From an uncultured Ignavibacteriaceae bacterium (lineage in GTDB: Bacteria > Bacteroidota > Ignavibacteria > Ignavibacteriales > Ignavibacteriaceae): 64,000 nt of DNA. Each line of letters begins with the position of its first letter. The first letter of the stretch is position 1. Shown one piece after another: positions 38,325-48,377 of the stretch. Both the position numbers and the translations under genes were made by a program. The stretch lies in assembly GCA_963739915.1 (NCBI GenBank), contig CAVUCF010000027.1:6017-70016 (forward strand), in the 5' to 3' direction. The notes under the pieces were generated by a model. That model did no database searches. It had not been told where the DNA came from and saw only the letters and a list, made by a program, of their open reading frames with translations.

Positions 38325-39703
38325 ATGTTTGAAGTAGATTTAAATAAATTCAAAAAATACGATAAGCCGGGACCGCGGTACACAAGCTACCCGACCGCAC
38401 CGCAGTTCAATGAGCAATTCACTCACGCAGATTTTGTTGATGAAATTGTAAAAACAAATTACGGAAAAAATCTTCCTGATCTTTCACTTTACTTTCATAT
38501 TCCCTACTGCGATACTCTTTGTTTTTTCTGCGGATGTAATATGCTCGTTACACGAAACAGAGAAAGAATAGATGAATATATAAAATATGTTCAAAAAGAA
38601 ATTGATCTGATGAGAACTTATTTGCTTCCTGATAGAAAAGTTGCACAACATCATTGGGGTGGCGGAACTCCAACTCATCTGAAGCCGGAAGAAATTCACA
38701 AGCTTGCTTCATACATCAACCAGTCATTTGAGTTTACGAGAATCCTGAAAATAGCTGCGAAATAGATCCGCGCGAATTAACAAAAGAACATCTTGAAGCC
38801 TTGAGAAACAATGGCTTTAACAGAATAAGTATGGGTGTGCAGGATTTTAATGAACAGGTGCAGAAAGCAGTTAACAGAATTCAGCCGGAAGATTTAACAC
38901 GCAAAGTTGTTAACTGGGTGAGAGAACTAAAATTCCAGAGCATCAATCTTGATCTTATTTACGGACTCCCCTTCCAGACCGTGAAATCATTTTCAGATAC
39001 AGTTGAAAAAATTATTGAGATCTCTCCTGACAGAATTGCTTTGTTTAATTATGCTCACGTTCCGTGGATGAAAAAACATATGGCACTCATTCACGAAGAA
39101 GATTTACCAAAGCCGGAAGAGAAACTGGAAATACTTGAAGATGAGCATTGAAAAACTTACAAGTGCCGGATATGAATTTATAGGAATGGATCACTTTGCA
39201 AAACCTGATGATGAACTATCAGTTGCAATGAAGAGAGAAAAAACTTTACAGAAACTTCCAGGGATACAGCACAAATGCCGGTGCTGATCTTTATGCGTTT
39301 GGAATTACATCAATCAGTCAGCTAAAAAATATTTACGCACAGAATTACAAAACAGAAAAAGAATATTACACTGCGCTGGATAACGAAACTATCCCGACAG
39401 CAAAAGGCTACAAGCTGAACGAAGACGACCATATCCGGCACGAAGTGATAATGAGAATTATGTGCGACTTCGAACTGAACTTCAAATCAATTGAAGAAAA
39501 GTTTAAGATTAAGTTTAAGGATTACTTCAAATGGGGACTTGAGCAACTTAAAAGAATTTGAAGCCGATGAATTAATTGTAATGAACGAAGACGGCTTTAA
39601 AGTAAAAGATATGGGCAGACTTCTCATCCGCAACATTGCAATGAATTTTGACGGATATATTGAACGGAAAGAAGATAAAGCCAAGTATTCGAGGACAGTT
39701 TAA
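38325..39703 (+). pseudogene. hemN: oxygen-independent coproporphyrinogen-III oxidase (radical SAM), four frameshifts
   Basis: PRYTSYPTA, the radical-SAM motif YCDTLCFFCGC, ISMGVQDFN, RNFQGYS. The frame changes near 38738, 39134, the A6 run at 39238-39243 and the A4 run at 39550-39553. Each segment continues the HemN sequence. Confidence 0.85.
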
Positions 39704-39708
39704 AAACT

Positions 39709-40800
39709 ATTTTAATCAGCAGCAACTTTTTTGTATCAACAAAATCATTAACCCGAAGACTATAAAAATAAATTCCGCTTGAAAGTTTTGATGCATCAAA
39801 TTGAATTGAATAATTACCGGCTAGTTCTTTCTTTCATCAACAAGCTTTTCAACTACTTTACCAAGCACATCATAAATTATTAACTCTACATTGCCTTCTT
39901 CTTTAATTGAATACTCTATTATAGTAATTGGATTAAACGGGTTGGGATAATTTTGCATCAATTCATAGTCGATAATTTTATTTTCAATTATCTCCACCGA
40001 AACATTAGGATCATAAACTAGTTCATAATATCCGGTATCTGGTTTAGTTGAATATTCTGGTACAATTCCTTTATCAACAGCATAAATTTTATAATAGAAA
40101 CTATAATCATTTTTCATAAGTGTTGAATCCAGCAAATACGAAATTGAATAATTGATTGTATTGGGAGTATTTTCAGCTAAGAACAGGATTCATTTAGTAA
40201 AAGTTGAATCTTCATTTGAGTAGTAACTGTACATAATAACTGAATCCACAAAATTTTCATTGCTATTATTCTCAAAGTGATGTATATTCGTGATCTACAG
40301 TAAAATCCCAATCTAAGTTCAAATTCATTTGTTACTAATATAGGTTGGAAATTTATTATCAGGTTTAACATGATCAGAATAATATTTAACTCCAGATGAA
40401 TCATACAAAATTGCTCGAATCATTTTAGTTAAGCAATAATTCCAAGTAACCTCCTGGTCCATCTGTAGGACGATGCATTTTTTGTTTCACCAAGAGTTTC
40501 AGAATAATAATTTTAATAGGACACTGCAGAATATACCGCACATCAATAACCAACCACTTACCTTTTGAGTGATAAGATGAATCGAAAATACTTATAAAGG
40601 TTGGATGATGTTATAGAACCGTTTCTAAATTCGTAGGTATTGAAAAGTATAAATGAAAGTGGCGATCCTTAATTTAATGTATAATCCATAACAACATAAT
40701 CACTGTCATTCCATCTCAGGAATAGTTTATCTTCATCGTTATCGTATCTTACCCAATCATTGATTGAATACCGTGAAAGTAAGTTTTGTCACGATCTCAA
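39709..40800 (-). pseudogene. decayed T9SS-sorted secreted protein (C-terminal sorting domain recognisable, body riddled with stops/frameshifts, N-terminus missing)
   Basis: ...MQNYPNPFNPITIIEYSIKEEGNVELIIYDVLGKVVEKLVDERK[shift]AGNYSIQFDASKLSSGIYFYSLRVNDFVDTKKLLLIK. Upstream segments are readable only in alternating frames. Confidence 0.65.
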
Positions 40801-40804
40801 AGTG

Positions 40805-40976
40805 TATATGATGTTTCTAAGTAAATGAAATATGAAACTCTTGTTGAACGAAGAAAAAATAGCATGGTATTTACGAAATTGAGTTTAATAGTTATGGATT
40901 AGCTAGTGGGATTTATTATTATAGAATTACAGCAGGAAATTTTTCTCAAACTAAAAAAATGATTCTATTAAAGTAA
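40805..40976 (+). pseudogene. orphan T9SS C-terminal sorting-domain fragment
   Basis: ...LLNEEKIA[shift]GIYEIEFNSYGLASGIYYYRITAGNFSQTKKMILLK*. There is no gene body upstream, because the minus-strand pseudogene lies there. Confidence 0.55.
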
Positions 40977-41118
40977 ATTCACCCAACAATATTGTCATTT
41001 CCACATCAGCATCATCTAGAGCTAATTTTTCTTCTCTTATTCTTTCCGGCCTTAACTAATATTTCCTTAAAATTATCTATCTTTGTTTATCATTTTAAAC
41101 TGAAAGCAAACCCTCATT

Positions 41119-42303
41119 ATGACTAAAACAATCTCTGATCTTATTGAAGTAAAGAACCCAAGAGTAGCCGGGCGATATCTAAAGAAAAAAGTAGCTATGG
41201 GTCATTTTATAGAAGATTACATTTCTGAAAAAGTTGATATTAAAGTCAGCTTTATGGAATTACTGAAATATAAGAACGACATTTTCACTTTTAATTTCGC
41301 CGCGACGCATTATTATTTCTTCATTTCAAGGATGATTCCGGAAGTGATTATTCATTCCCAGAAACAGGATAAGAGAATAATAAAAAGTCACTATGATAAT
41401 AAGAATGATTTATTTAGCTGGTTCTTAGGAACAAAGATGATTTATACAAGCTGCTATTTTAATAATATAGATGAGTCGCTGGAAGATGCACAGGAAAATA
41501 AAATGAACCTGATTGCTCAAAAAATGCAGCTCAAGGAAGGGGATGAACTGTTAGATATTGGATGTGGCTGGGGAACTCTTGTGGCTCACCTGGCTAAACA
41601 TTATCGAGTTAATACGACCGGAGTAACAATTGCTCAGGCTGGAGCGGAATGGGCGAGACGACAAATTAAGGAATATGGTGTGGAAGATCGTGCGAAAATT
41701 TGGACAATGGATTACAGAGATATACCTAAAAATAAAAAGTATAATAAAATTACGTGTCTTGAAATGGCAGAGCATGTTGGTATTAAGTATTTTAAAAGAT
41801 TCATGAAACAGTGTTATGATCTGCTGGAAGATGACGGACTTTTTTATTTACAAATTGCCGGGTTACGTGAACGTAATAGCTTGTTTCAGAAGGAGAACCG
41901 GGAAGACCTCGTGTGGGGACTTTTTATGAATAAATATATTTTCTCAGGAGCTGATGCAAGTATGCCGTTAAATTGGGATTTACAACGAATAGAAAAAGTT
42001 GGCTTTGAAGTACATTCGGTTGAAAATATTGGGAACCACTATTCAACTACTATTAACAGGTGGTATGACAACTGGCTTTCAAATAAAGAGAAGGTACTTG
42101 AAAAATACGGGCAACGCATTTTTAGAATTTATGAAATTTTTCTCGCCTGGTCAGTGATGATAGGAAAACACGGTGGCTCGACTGCATATCAAATTGTTTG
42201 TCACAAAAACATAGATAAATTCAACAGAACTACATTTATCGGCGCCACGAATTTAGGAGAACATGATGTATTCAAGAAAACTGCTGAACTAGGGCACGTC
42301 TAG
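41119..42303 (+). CDS. cyclopropane-fatty-acyl-phospholipid synthase family SAM-dependent methyltransferase
   Basis: HYDNKNDLFSWFLG, the SAM motif LLDIGCGWGTL, and CLEMAEHVG. Confidence 0.85.
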   Translation: MTKTISDLIEVKNPRVAGRYLKKKVAMGHFIEDYISEKVDIKVSFMELLKYKNDIFTFNFAATHYYFFISRMIPEVIIHSQKQDKRIIKSHYDNKNDLFSWFLGTKMIYTSCYFNNIDESLEDAQENKMNLIAQKMQLKEGDELLDIGCGWGTLVAHLAKHYRVNTTGVTIAQAGAEWARRQIKEYGVEDRAKIWTMDYRDIPKNKKYNKITCLEMAEHVGIKYFKRFMKQCYDLLEDDGLFYLQIAGLRERNSLFQKENREDLVWGLFMNKYIFSGADASMPLNWDLQRIEKVGFEVHSVENIGNHYSTTINRWYDNWLSNKEKVLEKYGQRIFRIYEIFLAWSVMIGKHGGSTAYQIVCHKNIDKFNRTTFIGATNLGEHDVFKKTAELGHV

Positions 42304-42342
42304 TTTCGTTTATAAATTCTTTTTCAGTTTTTTCTGAGGGTG

Positions 42343-43284
42343 TTAAGTTGCCAGCATTTCTGACTGGGGATTACCTGCCATCAGTTTCTCATTCTTGCGA
42401 ACATCTTTCTCTTTTCTTATTCTTTCCAGTCTCATAGAGTTCGTTCTGAATTTAGGAATGATGATAGACAGGATGTAGCTTCTTACAATATACCACCAGA
42501 AACTTCGTTCAAGCAGAATTGGATCTATATTATTTTCAATTTCTTTGTGAGCTTGGGCAGCCTTATTCCAGTGAAGTCCTGCTTTTTGATGGTGAATGGT
42601 ATGATAACCATTATTGAAAAGTAGAAAATTAAGGAAGCCGGTAAAATTTCTGGAATGATTCCACTCGGATTCTTCGTCGGCGTGTACGTGCTGGACATAA
42701 TTGAAAATTAAAACGCTGAATAACGAAACCTGCTGAGGTATAATTACAAAAAGCAATGCCTTTTCCCAATCTATTAATAAAGCTGCGCCTATCCACAGAA
42801 CAAGCACAACATACTGTGAGATACTTATCCAGAATTTCTCTTTGTTGTTTGCTTTCATCTCTTTTAAGTAAACGAATATTGCCTTTTGCTGGTAATAACC
42901 GCTTATGGTTGGGTATGAAACGAGCGTCAGAAAATTATTTTTTTCGCTTACCCTGTATGTGATTGAGTCGTCACCTTCTCGGTTATTAAAGCGATGATGA
43001 TTTTTGTTATGAGTCGGTATCCAGGCAAATATCGGGAAACCGTAAAACACGGTCAGCCACCAATCAGTAAGTACGTTCAGGACTTTAGAACGCCACATCG
43101 GCAGGTGATTATGATTATGAGTCATTACAGCAACTGCAACGGACATAAATAAAAACCACGTATAGATAAATGGATTAACGCCTAGCCACATCCATTGGGC
43201 TATAAACATAGCCGAAGTAATAATTACATAAATAATGCTTTTAACATCCGCATTATCTTTTAATTTGAGATTCATTTTGATCAA
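42343..43284 (-). CDS. membrane fatty-acid desaturase family protein
   Basis: Three His boxes (HNHNH, HNKNHHRF, HTIHHQ) with 4 TM helices. Confidence 0.85.
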   Translation of the reverse strand: MIKMNLKLKDNADVKSIIYVIITSAMFIAQWMWLGVNPFIYTWFLFMSVAVAVMTHNHNHLPMWRSKVLNVLTDWWLTVFYGFPIFAWIPTHNKNHHRFNNREGDDSITYRVSEKNNFLTLVSYPTISGYYQQKAIFVYLKEMKANNKEKFWISISQYVVLVLWIGAALLIDWEKALLFVIIPQQVSLFSVLIFNYVQHVHADEESEWNHSRNFTGFLNFLLFNNGYHTIHHQKAGLHWNKAAQAHKEIENNIDPILLERSFWWYIVRSYILSIIIPKFRTNSMRLERIRKEKDVRKNEKLMAGNPQSEMLAT

Positions 43285-43449
43285 TCTTTCATTTTATAAA
43301 AAAATTAACAGGAACAACTGACTAGGGAAATGTAATATAGTCTGAAGTATAAAGCTATAATAGAGATGTAAGTACTCAAATAAAAGCTTAATATTTAAGC
43401 CAGTAAAGGTTTTACAATTATTTTACAATCCGACAAAAAAGAATTTTTA

Positions 43450-44664
43450 CTAATCGCTTGGCCTATCTTTCATCGGTGCGGTGGTGAAGAAATCCTTATA
43501 AAATCTTTCCGTATAATTTTCCAGCATCTCTTCAACAACTTTATAGTGTTTCGAGCGGATTACAAATCCGGCATGGTAAGATTTGTCCAGCCGCCAGACA
43601 ATTTCAGGATCGTTGTAGGAAGAAAGATTCGGCCATTCCTGTTTTGCAAGCGAGGTTATGATCCCAGCATAGTAATCTTCCACTTCGGGATATTTATACT
43701 CCCCTTCCCCTCTGAGAATTTCTATCTTGGCCCATTCACGCCACAAATTAATTCCCGAACCGGCAAGCACAAGTTCGGAAAGATTAGCTCCGCCAACACG
43801 TGCGGATGTTTCAAGAAAATAAAATTTACCATCGCTATCCGATTCAATGAACTCTGTGTGCGAAACACCCCGCAGCATTCCGAGAGCTTTCATCAGTTTT
43901 TCATTCATCTCTAAAAGCTGCTGTTCTTTTTTACTTCCTCTTTCGATTGTCCTGCTGGTAAAAACTCTCCCTTCGTGTGCAACTTCAAATGGTGGTCTAC
44001 CGTACTGGCTGGCAATTGCAAACCTAACTTCGTGTTCATAAATAATTGAATCGACGTGATAGATATTCCCGGGAATAAATCTCTCCATCAAAAAGAATGA
44101 CTGCTCGTCCCCAAGATGATTTATCCTGTCCCACATTTCTTCTTTGCTTTGAACTATTTTTAATCCGTGTGCACCGGCGAGCATTCTCGGCTTCATCATA
44201 TAAGGAAACTGAACTTTATCAGCGAACTCATTTATTTCATTATGATTTAGAACGTGAATGAACTCAGGAACAGGTATATCCATTTCCTGCGCTCTCATTC
44301 TCATCGCAAGCTTATCGCGGAAGTATCGTGCTGTAGTATCTCCCATCCCAGGTACTCGCAAGTGTTCTCTTAATGCTGCAGCCCTTTCAACATCAAAATC
44401 ATCCAGTGCAACTATGCGGTCAATTTTTTCTTTTCTTGCAACAAAACTAACACCATAAATAACTTCCTTCATATTCCATTCTTTATTTTTGTCGGGCATA
44501 TAAAAAGTTTCATCAATTGCTTCCTTCGGCCATTCAGCGTTTTCAAGACTTTTCGAGGTGAGAAGTAAAACTCTGCAGCCCTGCTCTTTACACTCTCGCA
44601 TAAAGTCGAAACCTTTTTCGTAGGAGGAAACACATAGAACGGTTATTGGTTTATTAGTGTTCAT
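43450..44664 (-). CDS. ATP-grasp domain protein, substrate unknown
   Basis: Pre-ATP-grasp Rossmann-like N-domain, FPYMMKPRMLAGAHG, ERFIPGNIYHVDS, FLETSARVGGANL. Confidence 0.75.
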   Translation of the reverse strand: MNTNKPITVLCVSSYEKGFDFMRECKEQGCRVLLLTSKSLENAEWPKEAIDETFYMPDKNKEWNMKEVIYGVSFVARKEKIDRIVALDDFDVERAAALREHLRVPGMGDTTARYFRDKLAMRMRAQEMDIPVPEFIHVLNHNEINEFADKVQFPYMMKPRMLAGAHGLKIVQSKEEMWDRINHLGDEQSFFLMERFIPGNIYHVDSIIYEHEVRFAIASQYGRPPFEVAHEGRVFTSRTIERGSKKEQQLLEMNEKLMKALGMLRGVSHTEFIESDSDGKFYFLETSARVGGANLSELVLAGSGINLWREWAKIEILRGEGEYKYPEVEDYYAGIITSLAKQEWPNLSSYNDPEIVWRLDKSYHAGFVIRSKHYKVVEEMLENYTERFYKDFFTTAPMKDRPSD

Positions 44665-44842
44665 AGCTTTTTTCTTTTGGTTGATTAAGCAAAATAATGT
44701 GAGGTAAGTTTAAGTTTTATAAAAGAAAGAAGCAAATAGATGATAGTTGTAACCTTCTCAACCTAACCAAAGGCCCATTTTTTACTGCTTAAAGTTCTGT
44801 ACAAATTGTTAAATTTGCACTTAATTAAAGCAAAATGAATAA

Positions 44843-46222
44843 ATGCCTTCACAAAAGAAAATCGTAATAATAGGGGCCGGAATATCTGGTTTAACAACAG
44901 CATATCTTCTATTTAAAGAAGGATATGATGTTGTTGTTCTTGAACAGAAGGATCAAGTTGGCGGTTCAATTGAGACTGTTGATGCAAATGGTTTTCTTTT
45001 CGATCGCGGGCCAAACAGCGGACTTGAAACTACTCCGCTCATCCAGCAGCTTGTAAAGGAATTGAATCTCGAAGATCAATTTGTTTATGCAAACCGGGAA
45101 GGAAATAAAAGATACATACTCAGAAACGGACAACTTCACGCACTTCCAATGTCACCCCCTGCATTTTTCAAAACAAAACTGTTTTCAGGTAAAGCAAAGT
45201 TTAGGTTGATGGCAGAGCCTTTCATCGGAAGATCGAAAGATGGTTATTATCAGAGCATAGCTGAGTTTGTTACACGAAGACTTGGTAAAGAATTTTTGGA
45301 TTACGCTATCAATCCATTTGTCGCTGGAGTTTATGCCGGAAAACCGGAAGAGTTGAGCGTTAAATCTGCTTTTCCAAAACTTTATGCTCTTGAAGAAGAA
45401 TATGGTGGTTTGATTATAGGAACAATCAGAAGCATCCGCAAAAGAAAGAAAAGCAAAGAAGTTTCTAAGCAAAGTGCAAAAATGTTTTCATTCAAAGATG
45501 GAATGAAAGTTCTGCCGGAAGCAATTACAGAGATGCTTGGCAATCGTGTAAGCACCGGAGTGGAAGTTACTTCTGTTAGAAGAACCGTCGAAGGAAATTA
45601 TGGAGTTACTTTCAGAGATGGCAAGCAAAATTTAACTCTGCTTGCTGATGTTGTTCTTTCTACTGTCCCGGCGTACAAGGCAGCTGAGCTATTAGGACAT
45701 TTTGATAACGAACTGATTAAACACTTAAATGAAATTTATTATCCGCCGGTATTGGTTCTCTATCTTGTTTATGAAAAAAGTGCCGTTGGCCAGCCGTTAG
45801 ATGGTTTTGGTTTTCTAATTCCAGAAAAGGAAGAAAAATCTTTCCTCGGTGCAATCTGGAGCTCGGTTATTTTTCCAAATCGCTCTGATGAAACTAAAGC
45901 AGCATTTACGCTATTCATCGGCGGTTCGCGTGACGCTGGATTTGTTGACGATGTAGAACAAATAGTTATCGACCGTGCAAGAAGAGAATTTGAATTAATT
46001 ATGAAAATAAGTGCTGAGCCGATATTGATTTCTAAAAGGCTCTGGCCAAAAGCAATACCTCAGTATAATCTTGGTTATGTTGAACACGAAAATTTCTTCG
46101 ATCATTTTGAAAAAGATAATAGAGGGATTATCCTCGGTGGGAATTACCGCGGTGGAATTTCCGTGGGAGATTGTATTAAGAACTCGGAACTAGTTGCACA
46201 AAGAATTAAAAATTTAACTTAG
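44843..46222 (+). CDS. hemY: protoporphyrinogen/coproporphyrinogen oxidase (HemY-type, FAD-dependent)
   Basis: FAD-binding motif VIIGAGISGLTTAY...LEQKDQVGG. The length and its place in the heme cluster also fit. Confidence 0.85.
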   Translation: MPSQKKIVIIGAGISGLTTAYLLFKEGYDVVVLEQKDQVGGSIETVDANGFLFDRGPNSGLETTPLIQQLVKELNLEDQFVYANREGNKRYILRNGQLHALPMSPPAFFKTKLFSGKAKFRLMAEPFIGRSKDGYYQSIAEFVTRRLGKEFLDYAINPFVAGVYAGKPEELSVKSAFPKLYALEEEYGGLIIGTIRSIRKRKKSKEVSKQSAKMFSFKDGMKVLPEAITEMLGNRVSTGVEVTSVRRTVEGNYGVTFRDGKQNLTLLADVVLSTVPAYKAAELLGHFDNELIKHLNEIYYPPVLVLYLVYEKSAVGQPLDGFGFLIPEKEEKSFLGAIWSSVIFPNRSDETKAAFTLFIGGSRDAGFVDDVEQIVIDRARREFELIMKISAEPILISKRLWPKAIPQYNLGYVEHENFFDHFEKDNRGIILGGNYRGGISVGDCIKNSELVAQRIKNLT

Positions 46223-46223
46223 C

Positions 46224-46262
46224 GTCTTTGCGTGAAAATTTCTCACGCCAAGCCGCAAAGAC
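46224..46262. repeat. GC-rich palindromic (REP-like) element
   Basis: GTCTTTGCG...CGCAAAGAC (9-bp arms) encloses a second hairpin, GCGTGAAA-ATT-TCTCACGC. Confidence 0.6.
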
Positions 46263-46280
46263 ATAAAGAAAGGAAAAAAC

Positions 46281-47273
46281 ATGGCAAGTAAGAATTTCAC
46301 ATTTAAAAGATTCAGAAGATTACGATATAATCCTATCGTTCGTGATATGGTTCGCGAAACTGTATTGACAAAAAATGATTTAATATATCCGCTTTTTGTT
46401 GTTCCTGGAAATAACGTTAAAAAACCAGTAAAATCAATGCCGGGAGTTTTTCAGCTTTCGGTTGAGAACTTAGTTAAGGAATGTAAAGAAGTGCGTGACT
46501 TAGGAATTCCAGCCGTTATCCTTTTCGGAATTCCCGAACACAAAGATGAGCAAGGAAGTGATGCTTACAACCCAAATGGAATTATTCAACAAGCAATCAG
46601 GGCAATCAAAAAAGAAATTAATGATTTACTGATCATTACGGATATTTGCTTGTGCGAGTACACTTCTCACGGACACTGCGGAATACTTGCAGGTGAAGAT
46701 ATTCTAAACGATGAAACAATCGCTGTGTTAGCAAAAGAAGCAGTATCGCACGTCGAAGCTGGTGCAGATATGGTCGCTCCTTCCGATATGATGGATGGAA
46801 GAGTTCTTGCGATTCGTAAAGCTCTTGACTACAAAGGTTATGAAAAAATTCCGATAATGAGTTACGCTGCGAAATATTCTTCGGGATATTATGGACCATT
46901 CAGAGACGCTGCTGAATCAACTCCTGCTTTTGGAGACAGAAGATCCCACCAAATGGATATTGGAAATATTAACGAAGCACTTCGTGAAGTTGAAGCTGAT
47001 ATAGAAGAAGGTGCTGACATTGTGATGGTAAAACCAGCGGGACCATATCTTGATGTAATAAGAAAAGTTAAAGAGAAATTTGGAATGCCGACAGCAGCTT
47101 ACCAGGTCAGCGGAGAATTTGCAATGATAAAAGCTGCCGGACAGAATGGCTGGATAGATGAAGAAAGAGTGATGGTTGAATCATTAACAGCAATCAAGCG
47201 TGCGGGCGCTGATATGATTCTAACTTACTTTGCAAAAGATGTTGCAAAGTGGATAGATAAAACTCGTAAATAA
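46281..47273 (+). CDS. hemB: porphobilinogen synthase (delta-aminolevulinate dehydratase), Zn-type
   Basis: Cys-rich Zn site [14 protein letters not shown], the Schiff-base Lys regions [10 protein letters not shown] and AYQVSGEF. Confidence 0.95.
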   Translation: MASKNFTFKRFRRLRYNPIVRDMVRETVLTKNDLIYPLFVVPGNNVKKPVKSMPGVFQLSVENLVKECKEVRDLGIPAVILFGIPEHKDEQGSDAYNPNGIIQQAIRAIKKEINDLLIITDICLCEYTSHGHCGILAGEDILNDETIAVLAKEAVSHVEAGADMVAPSDMMDGRVLAIRKALDYKGYEKIPIMSYAAKYSSGYYGPFRDAAESTPAFGDRRSHQMDIGNINEALREVEADIEEGADIVMVKPAGPYLDVIRKVKEKFGMPTAAYQVSGEFAMIKAAGQNGWIDEERVMVESLTAIKRAGADMILTYFAKDVAKWIDKTRK

Positions 47274-47284
47274 TTTATATCGAC

Positions 47285-47368
47285 TGTCATTGCGATCTGC
47301 GAAGGCGAGAAGCAATCTTACTAATTAATTATGAAGATTGCTTCGTCACTTCGTTCCTCGCAATGACA
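47285..47368. repeat. long imperfect palindromic (REP-like) element
   Basis: TGTCATTGCGA...AGCAATCTT / AAGATTGCT...TCGCAATGACA. Arms of about 35 nt surround a 14-nt AT loop. Confidence 0.7.
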
Positions 47369-47385
47369 AACTAGAAGGAAAAAAA

Positions 47386-48358
47386 ATGAAATACAGAAAA
47401 CTCGGAAAATCAAATATTGAAGTTTCAGAAATTAGTCTCGGCTGCTGGACAATGGGCGGACTTAACTGGGTGAACGGTGAGCCAAACGGCTGGGCAAATG
47501 TTGATGAAGACAGAAGTCGCACGAGCAATCAATTATGCGATTGATCACGGAGTAAATCACTTTGACAACGCTGATGTTTACGGCAACGGAAGAGCAGAAA
47601 GAATGCTTGCAAGAATTCTCGGTAACAGAACCAACAACTTTATCATTGCAACAAAAGTTGGCTGGTTTCCCGGAACTGCTGCTCACGCATTTGAGGCAGC
47701 ACACATTCGTCATCAGTGCGAACAATCATTAATAAATCTTAAAAGAGATTACATCGATCTTTACTACTTCCATCATGGTCATTTTGGTGATAACAATGAA
47801 TATCTCGACGATGCTGTTGAAGTAATGTACAGATTAAAAGAAGAAGGAAAGATAAGATTAGTCGGGCAGTCAGCATATTCTCACGAAGATTTTCAGAAAC
47901 TTATCCCAAGAGTAAAACCGGATGCTCTGCAGAGTTATGCCAACGCAATGGAAAGAATATTTATTGATGAAGGAAATCCAACAAGAAGACTAATGGAAGA
48001 AAACCAGATTTCTTTTGTTGCCTTCAGACCAATCGGGCAAGGATTGCTGCTTGGAAAATACAATAAGGATAATCCTCCAACATTTGAAAACGGAGATCAT
48101 AGAAAGGGACTTTCAAGATTTTCAGGAGAGAGTCTGGAAAAATTAGAACCAAGGCTAAACAGAATTAAACAAAGGTTCGGTTCATCTGAAGAAGAGCTTG
48201 CAAGAGTAGCAATGCAGTTTTTGCTTCATTACAAATTTATGGGCTCAGTAATTCCTGGTTTCCGAAATCTCAGACAGGTGCAAGTAAATTTATCAGCAAT
48301 GGATAAACCACTTACTGATGATGAATTCGAATTTGTAAAGAGCGTATTTACGGATTGA
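47386..48358 (+). pseudogene. aldo/keto reductase, one frameshift near 47512
   Basis: MKYRKLGKSNIEVSEISLGCW... in one frame and ...EVARAINYAIDHGVNHFDNADVYGNG... in the next. Removing one A restores NVDEDEVARAI. Confidence 0.85.
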
Positions 48359-48377
48359 CTTCTGCCTGTGAACTAAA

